From: Candidatus Calescibacterium sp.
GTDB lineage: Bacteria; Calescibacteriota; Calescibacteriia; Calescibacteriales; Calescibacteriaceae
NCBI GenBank assembly: GCA_032249135.1
Contig: JAVVGL010000014.1
Location: forward strand, 1-57,280
Length of the DNA: 57,280 nt
Direction of reading: 5' to 3'
A program made the position numbers and the translations under genes. The notes under the pieces are model-generated. The model worked only from the letters and a program-made list of their open reading frames with translations, was not told the DNA's origin and searched no databases. Below are positions 28,755 through 39,077 of this stretch, in pieces. How positions within the stretch are numbered: the first letter of the stretch is position 1; each line of letters starts with the position of its first letter.

Positions 28755-31235
28755 TTATCTTCTCTGACCAGAAGGAATAAATGGGTTGCTTACTCCCTGT
28801 ATAAGTGCAGATGAGAGCATTCTGAAAAACTGCAACATGTTATTCATTTGAGCTATAAGTTGATTAGCCCTTGACCACCTTTGATATAAAGACGCTCTGA
28901 ATTGCTCTATCTCCTCTGAAATTCTTTCCAAATCTTTGTCTATACCTGTAAGTTCGCCTTGAAAACGAGATTCAGTTAAACCTATGGCTCCTCTGGATCC
29001 AGTAACAGCTGCTAAACTTTCTCTCAATCTTTCTGCAAAACCTTTATCAAAACTCTGATCATTCTCATCTTTTTTCAAAATACCTAAAAACTGCAAAAGT
29101 TTTCCCCCAGTACTATCTGACCAATCATTCGGGTCAGTACTTACACCGCTTATCTGAATATAATACTTCAATTTTCCATCAACAACAGTGGTTTTTACCT
29201 CAGCTATACTTGAACCAGCAGCAGAGTTGATTTTTGCTGCAATATCAGAAAGAGAATCGGAGCTAATGTCTATTACAGAAGTTGTAACTGATGTTCCGTC
29301 CTGGAGCCTGAAAGTTATTGTTCCGGAAATATTATTAGCGGTATCAGAAGTTGAAGAATCTTGATCAACAATATTTCTCACAGGTTGAGTATCTGAAAAG
29401 AATGTATCTGTTTTGAGGATATAAAGACTTACTTTATTTTTTGTAATAAATGATGTAGACGCTAACCCTAAATCAGATAGGACATTCCCAGAGACTTCTT
29501 TTAAATCTGGCAAGCCGATTTGAAGGTTTTCTATGATAAGTTTGTATTGCCCAGAAACAGATTTTATATAAGCTCTTGCAGTATCAGACACAGAATTTAT
29601 TTTTTGAGCTATCTGACGAAGAGTATCAGATGGATCTATAACTACACTTTTCCCATTTACCAAAATTTCCCCTGAAATTCCCAAAGATGTATCAGCAGAA
29701 GCAAAACCACTGCTTACTATTTTCTTTTCTATTGAAGATGTAAGAGCTCTTACTACACCTTCAAAATCTGCTTCAAGGGCACTTCTTAATTTAGATACAT
29801 CAACAGACAATTTTCCTTCTCTATCCAACGAAAGTCCTAATGAAGCTATGGAATATGTTTTAAAAGATCCATCCATCTGAGGAATTTCAATTATTCCAGA
29901 AAGAGCTCTTCTCATGGCAGCATCAACGGCAAGCAAAACAGACTCACCGGAGAGCGGACCTGCACTCTTTTTTTTCTGATCAAATGTTATCTGAGATTTT
30001 ATAAAATCAACAACCTTATTCCAAGATTGAGCAAGGTCCTGAAAATACTTTATTATTTTATCTATATCTCTGGTTATAGAAACCCGTATGACATCAGTTG
30101 ATGCTCTCAAAGCAGTAAAGGTAACACCAGTTATTCCGGTTTCCTCAGGAGTAAATGTGTTATCTTGCGAAGTAAAAATATTTCCATCAATTGAAATTTG
30201 AGCATTTTGTCCAGCTGAAACAACATTACTGTAATTTTGAGCCAGAACCCCTAAGGTTTCAAGAACATGGTTATCATCTGAGATGCTTGAAACCCCAGTT
30301 ATTTTTAGTCTGAACATACCAACTTCTTCCAAAATAGTAGCAGTCGCACCAGAACCTGAAGCATTTATAGCATTCTTTATATCTTCAAGCGTCATAGTAT
30401 TAAGGTCTATTGATATTGGAGTTCCATTTATTGTTATAGTTCCAGACGGAGCTTCACCAGATGCAGTATTAAGTCCCAAAAGAGTGCCCACTACAACATC
30501 TTTTTTCGTGAAAGCATCCGATCTGTATTCACCAGCAGGTAAAGTATCATATTTTCTTGAAAGAATTCCACCTGTAAGTCCGAGATTTTGCAGAGCATCC
30601 CCTGAAACATCAACTAATGTCATGAACTCCCGACTTTCGCCGGTTTTTGTTCCAGCAATTATAAGTCTGACTCCACCTCCTTCATTTACAAGATAAGCCG
30701 TAACTCCTGCATTGAGTTCATTTATTTTGTCCCTGAGTTGCGAGATTGTCCAGTTCGGATCAAGTCTTAAAACCTTCGCATTCCCCTTATCAGCCCCCTT
30801 TATAGCTATTATCTCTCCTGTGGTCACACCTAAACTTGAAAGTGTGACAGAAGATGATGAAAATGATGCGCTACCAACTTTCCAAGCCTGGGCGAGCTGA
30901 TTTACCTGGACATCAAAGTTAGAAGCAACCGCATCCGGACCAGAACTGACTGAAATTATGTTTGAAGGATTTTCTGAACCTGTAAGGTTTGTAAGAACTG
31001 GTTTGAACACTTTATAAGATATTTGAGAAGACAATATTTGGGCAGTAGCAAGAAGTTCAATAACATTATTTTTCAAAGTTGAAAGAGCTTGCTGTTTTTC
31101 CTGTATCAGATTTTTTCTATTATTCAACGGGTCTGTGAGAATTTTTTGTCTGAATTTTACAAGATTTTCAACTATTGCCGATACATCAAACGGAGAAAGA
31201 ATGTTAGGCAAAAAAATATTTCCTATTTCCGCCAT
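28755..31235 (-). CDS. fliD: flagellar filament capping protein FliD (extended)
   Basis: N-terminal D...IVENLV, VNQLAQA, AGQNAQISIDG, GPLSGE, LGLSLDREGKL, C-terminal coiled coil; sigma-28 promoter. Confidence 0.9.
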   Translation of the reverse strand: MAEIGNIFLPNILSPFDVSAIVENLVKFRQKILTDPLNNRKNLIQEKQQALSTLKNNVIELLATAQILSSQISYKVFKPVLTNLTGSENPSNIISVSSGPDAVASNFDVQVNQLAQAWKVGSASFSSSSVTLSSLGVTTGEIIAIKGADKGNAKVLRLDPNWTISQLRDKINELNAGVTAYLVNEGGGVRLIIAGTKTGESREFMTLVDVSGDALQNLGLTGGILSRKYDTLPAGEYRSDAFTKKDVVVGTLLGLNTASGEAPSGTITINGTPISIDLNTMTLEDIKNAINASGSGATATILEEVGMFRLKITGVSSISDDNHVLETLGVLAQNYSNVVSAGQNAQISIDGNIFTSQDNTFTPEETGITGVTFTALRASTDVIRVSITRDIDKIIKYFQDLAQSWNKVVDFIKSQITFDQKKKSAGPLSGESVLLAVDAAMRRALSGIIEIPQMDGSFKTYSIASLGLSLDREGKLSVDVSKLRSALEADFEGVVRALTSSIEKKIVSSGFASADTSLGISGEILVNGKSVVIDPSDTLRQIAQKINSVSDTARAYIKSVSGQYKLIIENLQIGLPDLKEVSGNVLSDLGLASTSFITKNKVSLYILKTDTFFSDTQPVRNIVDQDSSTSDTANNISGTITFRLQDGTSVTTSVIDISSDSLSDIAAKINSAAGSSIAEVKTTVVDGKLKYYIQISGVSTDPNDWSDSTGGKLLQFLGILKKDENDQSFDKGFAERLRESLAAVTGSRGAIGLTESRFQGELTGIDKDLERISEEIEQFRASLYQRWSRANQLIAQMNNMLQFFRMLSSALIQGVSNPFIPSGQRR

Positions 31236-31275
31236 CCAAATTCACCCCCTCCTTGGCTTATTATTTTAATAATTA

Positions 31276-31302
31276 TTATCGGAATTCCAAAAAAGATGTT
31301 TA
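31276..31302 (-). promoter_or_regulatory. sigma-28 (FliA) promoter of fliD
   Basis: minus strand TAAA-N15-TCCGATAA versus consensus TAAA-N15-GCCGATAA; AAGGAGG RBS follows. Confidence 0.8.
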
Positions 31303-31359
31303 GATCAAAGGAGTTCTGAAAATAGGGAAATAAAAACTTATCAAAAAATTTTTTTCTTT

Positions 31360-32115
31360 ATGGAATTAAGTTTCAAAAATAAAGTTGTAGTAATAACTGG
31401 TGGAACAAGAGGTATAGGAAGGAGTATCTCTCTAAAATTTGCGGAGGAAGGAGCTAATTTAGTAATAAACTTTTTAAGAAATGTTCAAGAAGCAGAAAAA
31501 ACAAAGAAAGATATAGAGAGTAAAGGTGTAATGTGTGAATTAGTAAAGGGTAACATAGCAGAACCAGAAACCGCTGAAAAAATAAGAGAAATTGTCCAAT
31601 CTAAATTTGGAAAAGCTGATATAATAGTCCTTAATGCAGCAAGTGGAGTTTTGAAAGAATTCCATCAAACAGACTTGAAGCATTTCAGATGGACCCTTGA
31701 AATAAACGTCTTTGGGCAAATAAATTTGGTAAAAACACTTTTAGACCTTATACCAGAAGGCGGAAAAATAATAGGAATATCAAGTTTAGGAGGTGTGAGA
31801 GCTATCCCATATTATACTCTCGTTGGCGCTTCAAAGGGGGCTCTTGAATCTGCTTTGAGACACATAGCAGTTGAGCTATCACCCAAAAAAATAAATGTAA
31901 ATATCGTTTCTGCCGGTGTTGTTGAAACAGGAGCTCTGAGATTTTTCCCGAACAGAGATGAACTTATTCAAGAATCAAAAAGAAGAACTCCTCTTGGCAG
32001 GCTTGTAACTCCGGATGATGTTGCTAATGTGGTTTTGTTTCTCGCAAGCCCATTAGCTGATATGATTCAAGGTCAAACGATCGTCGTTGATGGTGGGTAC
32101 TCAATTTTAGCCTAA
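31360..32115 (+). CDS. fabL: enoyl-ACP reductase FabL-like SDR
   Basis: TGGTRGIG, NAASGV, ISSLG, Y-x6-K (YTLVGASK), VDGG. Confidence 0.8.
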   Translation: MELSFKNKVVVITGGTRGIGRSISLKFAEEGANLVINFLRNVQEAEKTKKDIESKGVMCELVKGNIAEPETAEKIREIVQSKFGKADIIVLNAASGVLKEFHQTDLKHFRWTLEINVFGQINLVKTLLDLIPEGGKIIGISSLGGVRAIPYYTLVGASKGALESALRHIAVELSPKKINVNIVSAGVVETGALRFFPNRDELIQESKRRTPLGRLVTPDDVANVVLFLASPLADMIQGQTIVVDGGYSILA

Positions 32116-32220
32116 TTTTTATTTCTCTCATTTTAATTTCATTTCCTGATTTTTTTCTTCTTCATTTCTATCTTTTTTGTGTTTTTCTATTTTTTTCATC
32201 TCATTTACAAATTCAATCAA

Positions 32221-32673
32221 ATGAGTTATCAGTCTTTCAGGAGGGTTGCAAAAATATATGGTATTTCTCATTTTATTGCAGGGACTTTATATATACCGTT
32301 TCATAAACTTATACCATACGCTTGTAATTTTGTCTCTGATTTTTTAGGTCTTCCGTTTGAACATTTGCCTTTACCTTCTGAGATGTTCTGGTTCACGCTT
32401 TCTGTCTCTATGATGTATATGATTGCCTTTTCCGCTTATCTCACATATAAGGGAGAGCAGTTTGTTCATACCTGGGAAGTTATAATTTTATCCAAAGGTA
32501 CATCTACACTTCTTTTTTTTCTTTTCTTTTTGTTTGATGTAAGAGCTTTCGCATATATATGTGGTATTTTAGTTGATGGACCACTATTTGCAATAGCTTT
32601 GTACACATACAGAAAATATAGGCAAAGTAAGTTAAGTGAATTAAAAGAAAATGCACATTCCGGTTCTTCTTAA
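32221..32673 (+). CDS. hypothetical membrane protein (about 4 TM)
   Basis: hydrophobic ORF overlapping rsmH start; ATG 32221 preferred. Confidence 0.65.
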   Translation: MSYQSFRRVAKIYGISHFIAGTLYIPFHKLIPYACNFVSDFLGLPFEHLPLPSEMFWFTLSVSMMYMIAFSAYLTYKGEQFVHTWEVIILSKGTSTLLFFLFFLFDVRAFAYICGILVDGPLFAIALYTYRKYRQSKLSELKENAHSGSS

Positions 32674-33559
32674 AGAAGTAGTTGAAATCCTTGCTCCAAA
32701 GCCGGGAGAATTTGTCGTAGATCTTACAGTTGACGGTGGAGGACATGCTTTTGAGTTCGCAAAGAAAATAGGGAAATCTGGAACGATCTTACTTATTGAT
32801 TGGGACGAAAAAGTAATATCAGAAGCAGAAAAAAAAATATTCAGCATACCCGAAAACGAAAGACCAGAAGTTATTTTATGCATCTCTAATTTCGCAAGAT
32901 TAGATGAAATAATGAATGAGATTGAGAAAAAAGAAAAAATAAGAAAACCTGATATTTTTTTTGCTGACCTTGGTATATCTTCCTTCCATCTTGATGACCC
33001 TTCGCGTGGCTTTTCGTTCAGATTTGACTCTCCCTTAGATATGAGAATTTCCTCTGAAATAAAATTGAAGGCAAAAGATGTGGTTATGAATTTTAGCGAA
33101 AAAGAGCTCGCCGAAATTATTGAAAAATATGGAGAAGATAAACTCGCAAGAAAAATAGCAAAAGAAATCGTAAAGCAAAGAAAAATAAAAGAAATATCTA
33201 CAACAAAACAGCTTGCAGAAATTGTTGAAAGAGTATATAAAAGGGAAGGAATTTTTTATACAAAAATTCATCCCGCTACAAGAACATTTCAGGCTCTGCG
33301 TATTTATATCAATAGGGAAATAGAAAATTTAGGTGAGCTACTTGAAAAAATACCAGATTTTTCAAAAAGTGGAACAAGGGTAGGAATAATATCATTTCAC
33401 TCTCTTGAAGACAGGTTGGTAAAAACTAAATTCAAAGAATGGGAAAAATTAGGGATGGGAAAGATTTTAACAAGGAAACCAGTTGTTCCCTCAGAAGAGG
33501 AGATTATTTTAAATCCTCGTTCAAGGAGTGCCAAATTTCGGGCTTTCGTGTTCTTATAA
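32651..33559 (+). CDS. rsmH: 16S rRNA m4C1402 methyltransferase RsmH
   Basis: [46 protein letters not shown]. Confidence 0.96.
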   Translation: MHIPVLLKEVVEILAPKPGEFVVDLTVDGGGHAFEFAKKIGKSGTILLIDWDEKVISEAEKKIFSIPENERPEVILCISNFARLDEIMNEIEKKEKIRKPDIFFADLGISSFHLDDPSRGFSFRFDSPLDMRISSEIKLKAKDVVMNFSEKELAEIIEKYGEDKLARKIAKEIVKQRKIKEISTTKQLAEIVERVYKREGIFYTKIHPATRTFQALRIYINREIENLGELLEKIPDFSKSGTRVGIISFHSLEDRLVKTKFKEWEKLGMGKILTRKPVVPSEEEIILNPRSRSAKFRAFVFL

Positions 33560-34217
33560 AGTTCATTATGATTTCTATAACCTCATCTATGGTTTTTGAT
33601 GTTGAGTCTATATAAAAAGCATCTTCTGGGACTTTGAGAGGAGAAATTTCCCTTGTCTTATCTTGCTCATCTCTTTTTTTTATCTCTTCTATGAGATTTT
33701 CCAGCTTTAATTTTGTCCCTTTTATTTTTCCTTTCTTTTTTAGGTCTTCAAATTTTCTTTTTGCTCTTTCTTCTGGTGATGCGTCAAGGAAAATTTTTAT
33801 TTGTGCCTCAGGAAAAACTTGGGTTCCTTCGTCTCTCCCATCCACTACTATCCCTCTTTTGCTTTCTTTTGCCAACTTTCTCTGAATTTCATTTACTTTA
33901 TCTCTCACTAACTTGATTTTTGAGATGTCTGATGCAATTTTACCTATTTTTTCTGATGATATTTTATCATCAATATTTTCTCCTTCAAAGAATATTTCTC
34001 CGTTTTTTATTTCTACTTTATCCACGAGCTTTATAGCTTCTGTTAATCCGAATTTTTCTTTAAGATATGCGATTGCTCTATATAATTTTCCGGAACTCAG
34101 GTGTTCAAGGTTAAGTTTTTCTGCGAGAATTTTCCCGACTGTACTTTTCCCCGAACCAGCCGGACCATCTATCGTTATTATGATCTTATCTATAACATTG
34201 TCTTTATATTCTGCCAT
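33504..34217 (-). CDS. cmk: cytidylate kinase
   Basis: [28 protein letters not shown]. Confidence 0.95.
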   Translation of the reverse strand: MAEYKDNVIDKIIITIDGPAGSGKSTVGKILAEKLNLEHLSSGKLYRAIAYLKEKFGLTEAIKLVDKVEIKNGEIFFEGENIDDKISSEKIGKIASDISKIKLVRDKVNEIQRKLAKESKRGIVVDGRDEGTQVFPEAQIKIFLDASPEERAKRKFEDLKKKGKIKGTKLKLENLIEEIKKRDEQDKTREISPLKVPEDAFYIDSTSKTIDEVIEIIMNFIRTRKPEIWHSLNEDLK

Positions 34218-34279
34218 CAACTTTTTTTCTTAATTTGTTTTTTAACTTATTCCATATTTTTAAATTTAAATTTCAAAGT

Positions 34280-34891
34280 ATGATGTATGTACCGTTTGTA
34301 ATAGAGCAAACTGCAAGGGGTGAAAGAGCTTATGATATATGGTCTCGTCTTCTGAGCGAACGCATTGTTTTTTTGGGAACTCCAATTACTGATCAAGTTG
34401 CCAACCTTATAATAGCTCAACTCCTATATCTTGATGCTGAAAGTGATGAAAAAGATATTTATCTTTACATAAATTCTCCTGGCGGAAGTATAACGGCAGG
34501 GCTTGCAATATATGATACTATGCAATATGTATCTTGTGATATAGTCACGATATGTGTTGGACAATGCGCTTCTATGGCTACCGTTCTGCTCGCAGGAGGA
34601 ACTCCGGGAAAAAGGTTTGCTCTACCTCATTCAAGAATTATGCTACATCAACCTTGGGGTGGAGTTGAGGGAACTGCACAAGATATAGAAATTCATGCAA
34701 AAGAAATTTTGAGGTTAAGGAAAATTGTGAACGAAATTTTATCTTACCACACGGGACAACCAGTAAGTAAAATAGAGCATGATACACAGCGAGATTTTTT
34801 TATGTCGCCCCAAGAAGCACTTGAATATGGTATAATAGATAAAATAATAACCTCACAAAAGACTATGAAACAAAAAGTAAAATCAAAATAA
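34280..34891 (+). CDS. clpP: ATP-dependent Clp protease proteolytic subunit
   Basis: [24 protein letters not shown]. Confidence 0.97.
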   Translation: MMYVPFVIEQTARGERAYDIWSRLLSERIVFLGTPITDQVANLIIAQLLYLDAESDEKDIYLYINSPGGSITAGLAIYDTMQYVSCDIVTICVGQCASMATVLLAGGTPGKRFALPHSRIMLHQPWGGVEGTAQDIEIHAKEILRLRKIVNEILSYHTGQPVSKIEHDTQRDFFMSPQEALEYGIIDKIITSQKTMKQKVKSK

Positions 34892-34981
34892 TAAGGTCAG
34901 GTTGAAAATGAAAAGATAATAACCTATCAAATATTTTGATCAAAATCATATCTTGGGTTTCACAAACTAAATTAGGAATTT

Positions 34982-36382
34982 ATGGGATTGACCCTGGTTG
35001 AAAAAATATGGAATGAGCATATAGTAGTTGAACCAGATGATGAAGGGAAACCTTATCTTATTTATATTGATTTGCATCTCGTCCATGAGGTAACAAGCCC
35101 ACAAGCTTTTGAAGGTTTGAGGTTAGCCAAAAGAAAAGTAAGAAGACCTGATCTCACTTTTGCAGTCGTGGATCATAATGTACCAACAGATGACCCGCGA
35201 GATAAAATAGATGATCCTATATCTTTAAGACAAATAGAAGCTTTAAGAAAAAACACTGCTGAGTTTGGTATAAAATTTTTTGATATTTTCAGTCCATTTC
35301 AAGGGATAGTTCATGTAATAGCTCCCCAACTTGGTTTAACTCAACCCGGAATGACGATTGTGTGCGGAGACAGTCATACATCAACCCATGGAGCATTCGG
35401 AGCTCTGGCTTTTGGTATAGGAACTTCCGAGGTTGAGCATGTGCTTGCAACTCAGTGTCTTTGGCTTTACAAACCAAAAACGATGAGAATAAAGATAGAA
35501 GGTCAAAAAGGTAAAGCAATAACATCAAAGGATATAATTCTGTATATAATAGGTCAAATAGGAACGAGTGGTGGAACAGGATATGCAGTTGAGTATGCGG
35601 GGAAGGTTGTAGAAGAAATGAGTGTAGAGGAAAGAATGACAATATGCAATATGACTATTGAAGCCGGTGCGAGAAGTGGTATAATAAAACCAGATGAAAA
35701 AACTTTTGAGTATCTTGAAGGTAGAATGTTCGCTCCAAAAAATTTTTATGAAGCCGTTGAATATTGGAAAACCCTAAAATCGGATGAGGATGCAAAGTTT
35801 GACAAAGAGCTCTCGTTTGACATATCTTCAATTGAGCCTCAGGTAACTTGGGGAACAAAGCCATCGCAAGTTGTTTCAATCTCTTCTTATGTGCCAGACC
35901 CTGATGAGTTTTCTGACCCTTCTGAAAGAGCTCATGCAAAAAGAGCATTAGAATACATGGGATTAAAACCTGGCATGAAAATCACAGAAATAAAAATAGA
36001 TAGAGTTTTTATCGGATCATGTACTAATTCCAGACTTGAAGACCTCATAATTGCTGCTGAAATAGTAAAAGGGAAAAAAGTTGCTCCTTGGGTGAGAGCT
36101 ATGGTCGTTCCGGGATCTCAAATAGTAAAATATCAAGCAGAAAGATTAGGAATTGATAAGATATTCAAAGAGGCTGGTTTTGAATGGAGAAATTCTGGGT
36201 GTTCCATGTGTCTTGGAATGAACCCAGATATTTTATCACCAGGTGAAAGATGTGTAAGTACCTCAAACAGAAATTTTGAAGGAAGACAAGGGAGAGGTGG
36301 GAGGACTCATCTTGCAAGCCCGCTCGTTGCAGCTGCATCTGCTATAAAAGGTTATATTGCCGATCCCCGGGAATTTAATTAA
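34982..36382 (+). CDS. leuC: 3-isopropylmalate dehydratase large subunit
   Basis: [38 protein letters not shown]. Confidence 0.97.
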   Translation: MGLTLVEKIWNEHIVVEPDDEGKPYLIYIDLHLVHEVTSPQAFEGLRLAKRKVRRPDLTFAVVDHNVPTDDPRDKIDDPISLRQIEALRKNTAEFGIKFFDIFSPFQGIVHVIAPQLGLTQPGMTIVCGDSHTSTHGAFGALAFGIGTSEVEHVLATQCLWLYKPKTMRIKIEGQKGKAITSKDIILYIIGQIGTSGGTGYAVEYAGKVVEEMSVEERMTICNMTIEAGARSGIIKPDEKTFEYLEGRMFAPKNFYEAVEYWKTLKSDEDAKFDKELSFDISSIEPQVTWGTKPSQVVSISSYVPDPDEFSDPSERAHAKRALEYMGLKPGMKITEIKIDRVFIGSCTNSRLEDLIIAAEIVKGKKVAPWVRAMVVPGSQIVKYQAERLGIDKIFKEAGFEWRNSGCSMCLGMNPDILSPGERCVSTSNRNFEGRQGRGGRTHLASPLVAAASAIKGYIADPREFN

Positions 36383-36568
36383 AAATTGTAGCTTGTAAAA
36401 AAATAAATATATAACTTTTTTCCAAATTTTTTAGGTCGGCAAATGAAATTATATTGAGCATAATATCTAATACAAAAGAAATAAAATTTAATACAAAAGA
36501 ACAAAAGATAAAATATATAATGAGAATCATAAAAAAGTTACATCTCTATCGGCAAGTCATTCTCGGAG

Positions 36569-36585
36569 CCCTTATCAGATAAGGG
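36569..36585. promoter_or_regulatory. perfect palindrome, candidate operator
   Basis: CCCTTATC-A-GATAAGGG in leuC-HU spacer. Confidence 0.4.
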
Positions 36586-36768
36586 AAAGCGAAAATTGGA
36601 ATGTAAGATTTTTTCAAGGGGAAATAGACATCAGAGAAACAGAATTTTTTTACAAGTTCCAGAGAAAAAGCTTGAGATTATCGCTTTTATCCTATAATCT
36701 ACTTTTCAAATTCGTGATTTTTTTTATAATTTCAGAGAAACAAAAATAATAAAGGAGGTGGAAAGGCT

Positions 36769-37044
36769 ATGAATAAGGCACAACTTATAGATGAAATAGC
36801 AAAGAAAACAAAGCAGGCAAAGGCACAGGTAAGGGCAGTAGTTGATGCTTTCCTTGGAGTAGTGGAAAGTGTTCTCAAAAAAGGAGACAGACTTTCTCTC
36901 CCAGGTTTTGGAACCTGGTATGTTGCAAGTAGAAAATCAAGAAAGGGAAGAAACCCGAAAACTGGGGAAACTATAACTATCCCAGGTGGTAAGGTTCCAA
37001 GATTCAAACCTGGGAACAAGCTTAAAGCAGCTGTAAAAAAATAA
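36769..37044 (+). CDS. hup: DNA-binding protein HU
   Basis: MNKAQLI, GFGT, RKGRNPKTGE, FKPG..LK; AAGGAGG RBS. Confidence 0.96.
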   Translation: MNKAQLIDEIAKKTKQAKAQVRAVVDAFLGVVESVLKKGDRLSLPGFGTWYVASRKSRKGRNPKTGETITIPGGKVPRFKPGNKLKAAVKK

Positions 37045-37065
37045 TCATTTGTTTAATTTAGTTTT

Positions 37066-37100
37066 GGGGGCCAAATTTTCAAGGCCCCCCTTTAATTTTT
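37066..37100 (+). terminator. intrinsic terminator after HU
   Basis: GGGGGCC-N10-GGCCCCC stem followed by T-rich tract. Confidence 0.75.
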
Positions 37101-37187
37101 CTCTTCAACATTATTTCCGCAATTTACTAACGAAGATTTAAGAACATTATCATCATATTAGTTCTCGCTATTTTTTCTCTTGTTATC

Positions 37188-37652
37188 ATGCTAAAAAATA
37201 TCAAAAAGATTTTGGGAGTTGTAGGTGGTGTATTAGTGATTTTAGGAGTATTTCTTCCAATTTTGAACCTCGGTCTATTTGGTAAATATTCTTACTTTAA
37301 TCTCAGTATAAATGGCAAGATTGTATTTTCTCTCGCAATAATATCTATTATTTTATCTCTATTTGGTAGATTCTTTTTTCTGATTATAACATCCGTGGGA
37401 ATTTTTTCTGTCTTCGCCTATGATGTTTGGAAGTTTTTCAAGCTCAAAAAAAATTTGACCGGATTTATTCAAAAGTTTGAGCAGAAAAATCCAAATAATA
37501 TCTTGATAAAGCTTGCAAAGTCTGCTTTTCAATCTTTTGATGTGGGGTGGGGATGGATATTTATAGTTCTTGGAGCTTTTATACTCCTGATTTTATTTTT
37601 TGTCCATATATTTGAAAAAAAGCTTTCTGCTTCTCAAATAATCCAAAAATGA
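37188..37652 (+). CDS. hypothetical membrane protein
   Basis: about 4 hydrophobic segments, G.FLP and GWGW motifs; ATGA overlap with murE. Confidence 0.7.
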   Translation: MLKNIKKILGVVGGVLVILGVFLPILNLGLFGKYSYFNLSINGKIVFSLAIISIILSLFGRFFFLIITSVGIFSVFAYDVWKFFKLKKNLTGFIQKFEQKNPNNILIKLAKSAFQSFDVGWGWIFIVLGAFILLILFFVHIFEKKLSASQIIQK

Positions 37653-39067
37653 AAAAAATAAAGGAAATTTTTCACGGGATAGATTGCGAAATTTTTGGAA
37701 ACCCCGATAAAGAAGTTGATAGTGTTGAATTTGATTCCAAAAGAGTCAAAAGCTCATCTTTATTTGTTGCCTTGAAAGGTAAAAATGTAGATTCTCATTA
37801 TCTTATAAAAGATATTTATTTTAAAAGAGGATGTTCAGCATTCGTTGTTGAAGACCTAAATAAAGTAGATAGTTATGTAAAAAGTAAAGCAACTTTGATC
37901 AAAGTAGGAAACTCCCGAAAAGCTCTCAGCAAAATTTCAAAAAATTTTTACGGTCAAAAGACAAAAGTTATTGGAGTTACTGGAACAAAAGGAAAATCAT
38001 CAACAGTAAAAATAATTGGACAATCTCTCAATTTTTTTGGTAAAAGATGTGGGGTCCTTGGGTCTTTATGGTGGAAGCTCACAACCCCTGAGGCTCCTGA
38101 TATTTTCAGAATAATGAACCAATCTTATTTTGATATTTGGGCTATGGAAGTCACTTCTGTTTCTACGGTTCAGCACAGAGTAGATGATGTGGATTTTGAA
38201 TGGGGAATTTTTTTGGGGCTTGGTAGGGATCACCTTGATATTCACGGTACAATAGAAAATTACTTTTTAGCAAAATATAATTTCCTTGAAAAACCAAAAA
38301 ATGTAATTATTTTTCTTGATGAATGGGGAAAGAAAGCATATGAACTATTGAAATCTCATTACCCTAAGAAAAAAATTATAACTTTTTCTGACAAAAATTT
38401 CCTTTATGATTCTGGAAAAATTTCAATTTTCTGGGAAGGTGAGAAAATTTCATTTTCATCTAAATTTTTTGGGAGTTTCAACTGTATAAATTTTACAGCT
38501 TCTTATATTTTACTGCGTGAAATGGGTTTCAAACCAGATTCAATAAAACTTGCTTTTGAAGAAGTTTTTCCACCACGAGGTAGGATGGAGCCTGTGATAC
38601 TTAAACCTATGGTTTTTGTAGATTACGCTCACACTCCCGATTCACTTTCAGCAGTAATAGATGAATGTTTGAAACTGAAAAAAGAAAATTCTTCAAAACT
38701 TATTGTTGTTTTCGGATGCGGTGGAGATAGAGATAAAGGAAAAAGACCTGAGATGGGAAAAGTCTCCATGAAAGCTGATAAAGTTATTCTGACCTCTGAC
38801 AATCCAAGAAGTGAAAATCCGGAAGATATAATAAAAGATATTCTTGCAGGAATTGATGATACTTCAAAGGTCTTGGTTGAACCAGACAGAAAAAAGGCTA
38901 TTTTTAAAGCTTTAACTGAGGCAAAAGAAAATGATATAGTTCTTATAGCTGGAAAAGGTCATGAAGAGTACCAGATTGTCAAAGATAAAGTTTTACCTTT
39001 TTCAGACAGAAAAGTTGTCCTTGAATTTTTTCAGGAATATGAGGATAAACTGACTTCTATTTCATAA
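37649..39067 (+). CDS. murE: UDP-MurNAc-Ala-Glu--meso-DAP ligase
   Basis: GVTGTKGKSS, LTTPE, DHLD.H, VDYAHTPD, FGCGGDRD, DNPR (DAP-specific), AGKGHE. Confidence 0.95.
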   Translation: MKKIKEIFHGIDCEIFGNPDKEVDSVEFDSKRVKSSSLFVALKGKNVDSHYLIKDIYFKRGCSAFVVEDLNKVDSYVKSKATLIKVGNSRKALSKISKNFYGQKTKVIGVTGTKGKSSTVKIIGQSLNFFGKRCGVLGSLWWKLTTPEAPDIFRIMNQSYFDIWAMEVTSVSTVQHRVDDVDFEWGIFLGLGRDHLDIHGTIENYFLAKYNFLEKPKNVIIFLDEWGKKAYELLKSHYPKKKIITFSDKNFLYDSGKISIFWEGEKISFSSKFFGSFNCINFTASYILLREMGFKPDSIKLAFEEVFPPRGRMEPVILKPMVFVDYAHTPDSLSAVIDECLKLKKENSSKLIVVFGCGGDRDKGKRPEMGKVSMKADKVILTSDNPRSENPEDIIKDILAGIDDTSKVLVEPDRKKAIFKALTEAKENDIVLIAGKGHEEYQIVKDKVLPFSDRKVVLEFFQEYEDKLTSIS

Positions 39068-39077
39068 ATTAAATACT

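Noticed and set aside
36436-36575. Two TCGGCAA words resembling minus-strand sigma-28 -10 boxes
   Set aside because: -35 spacing is wrong and there is no minus-strand gene downstream.
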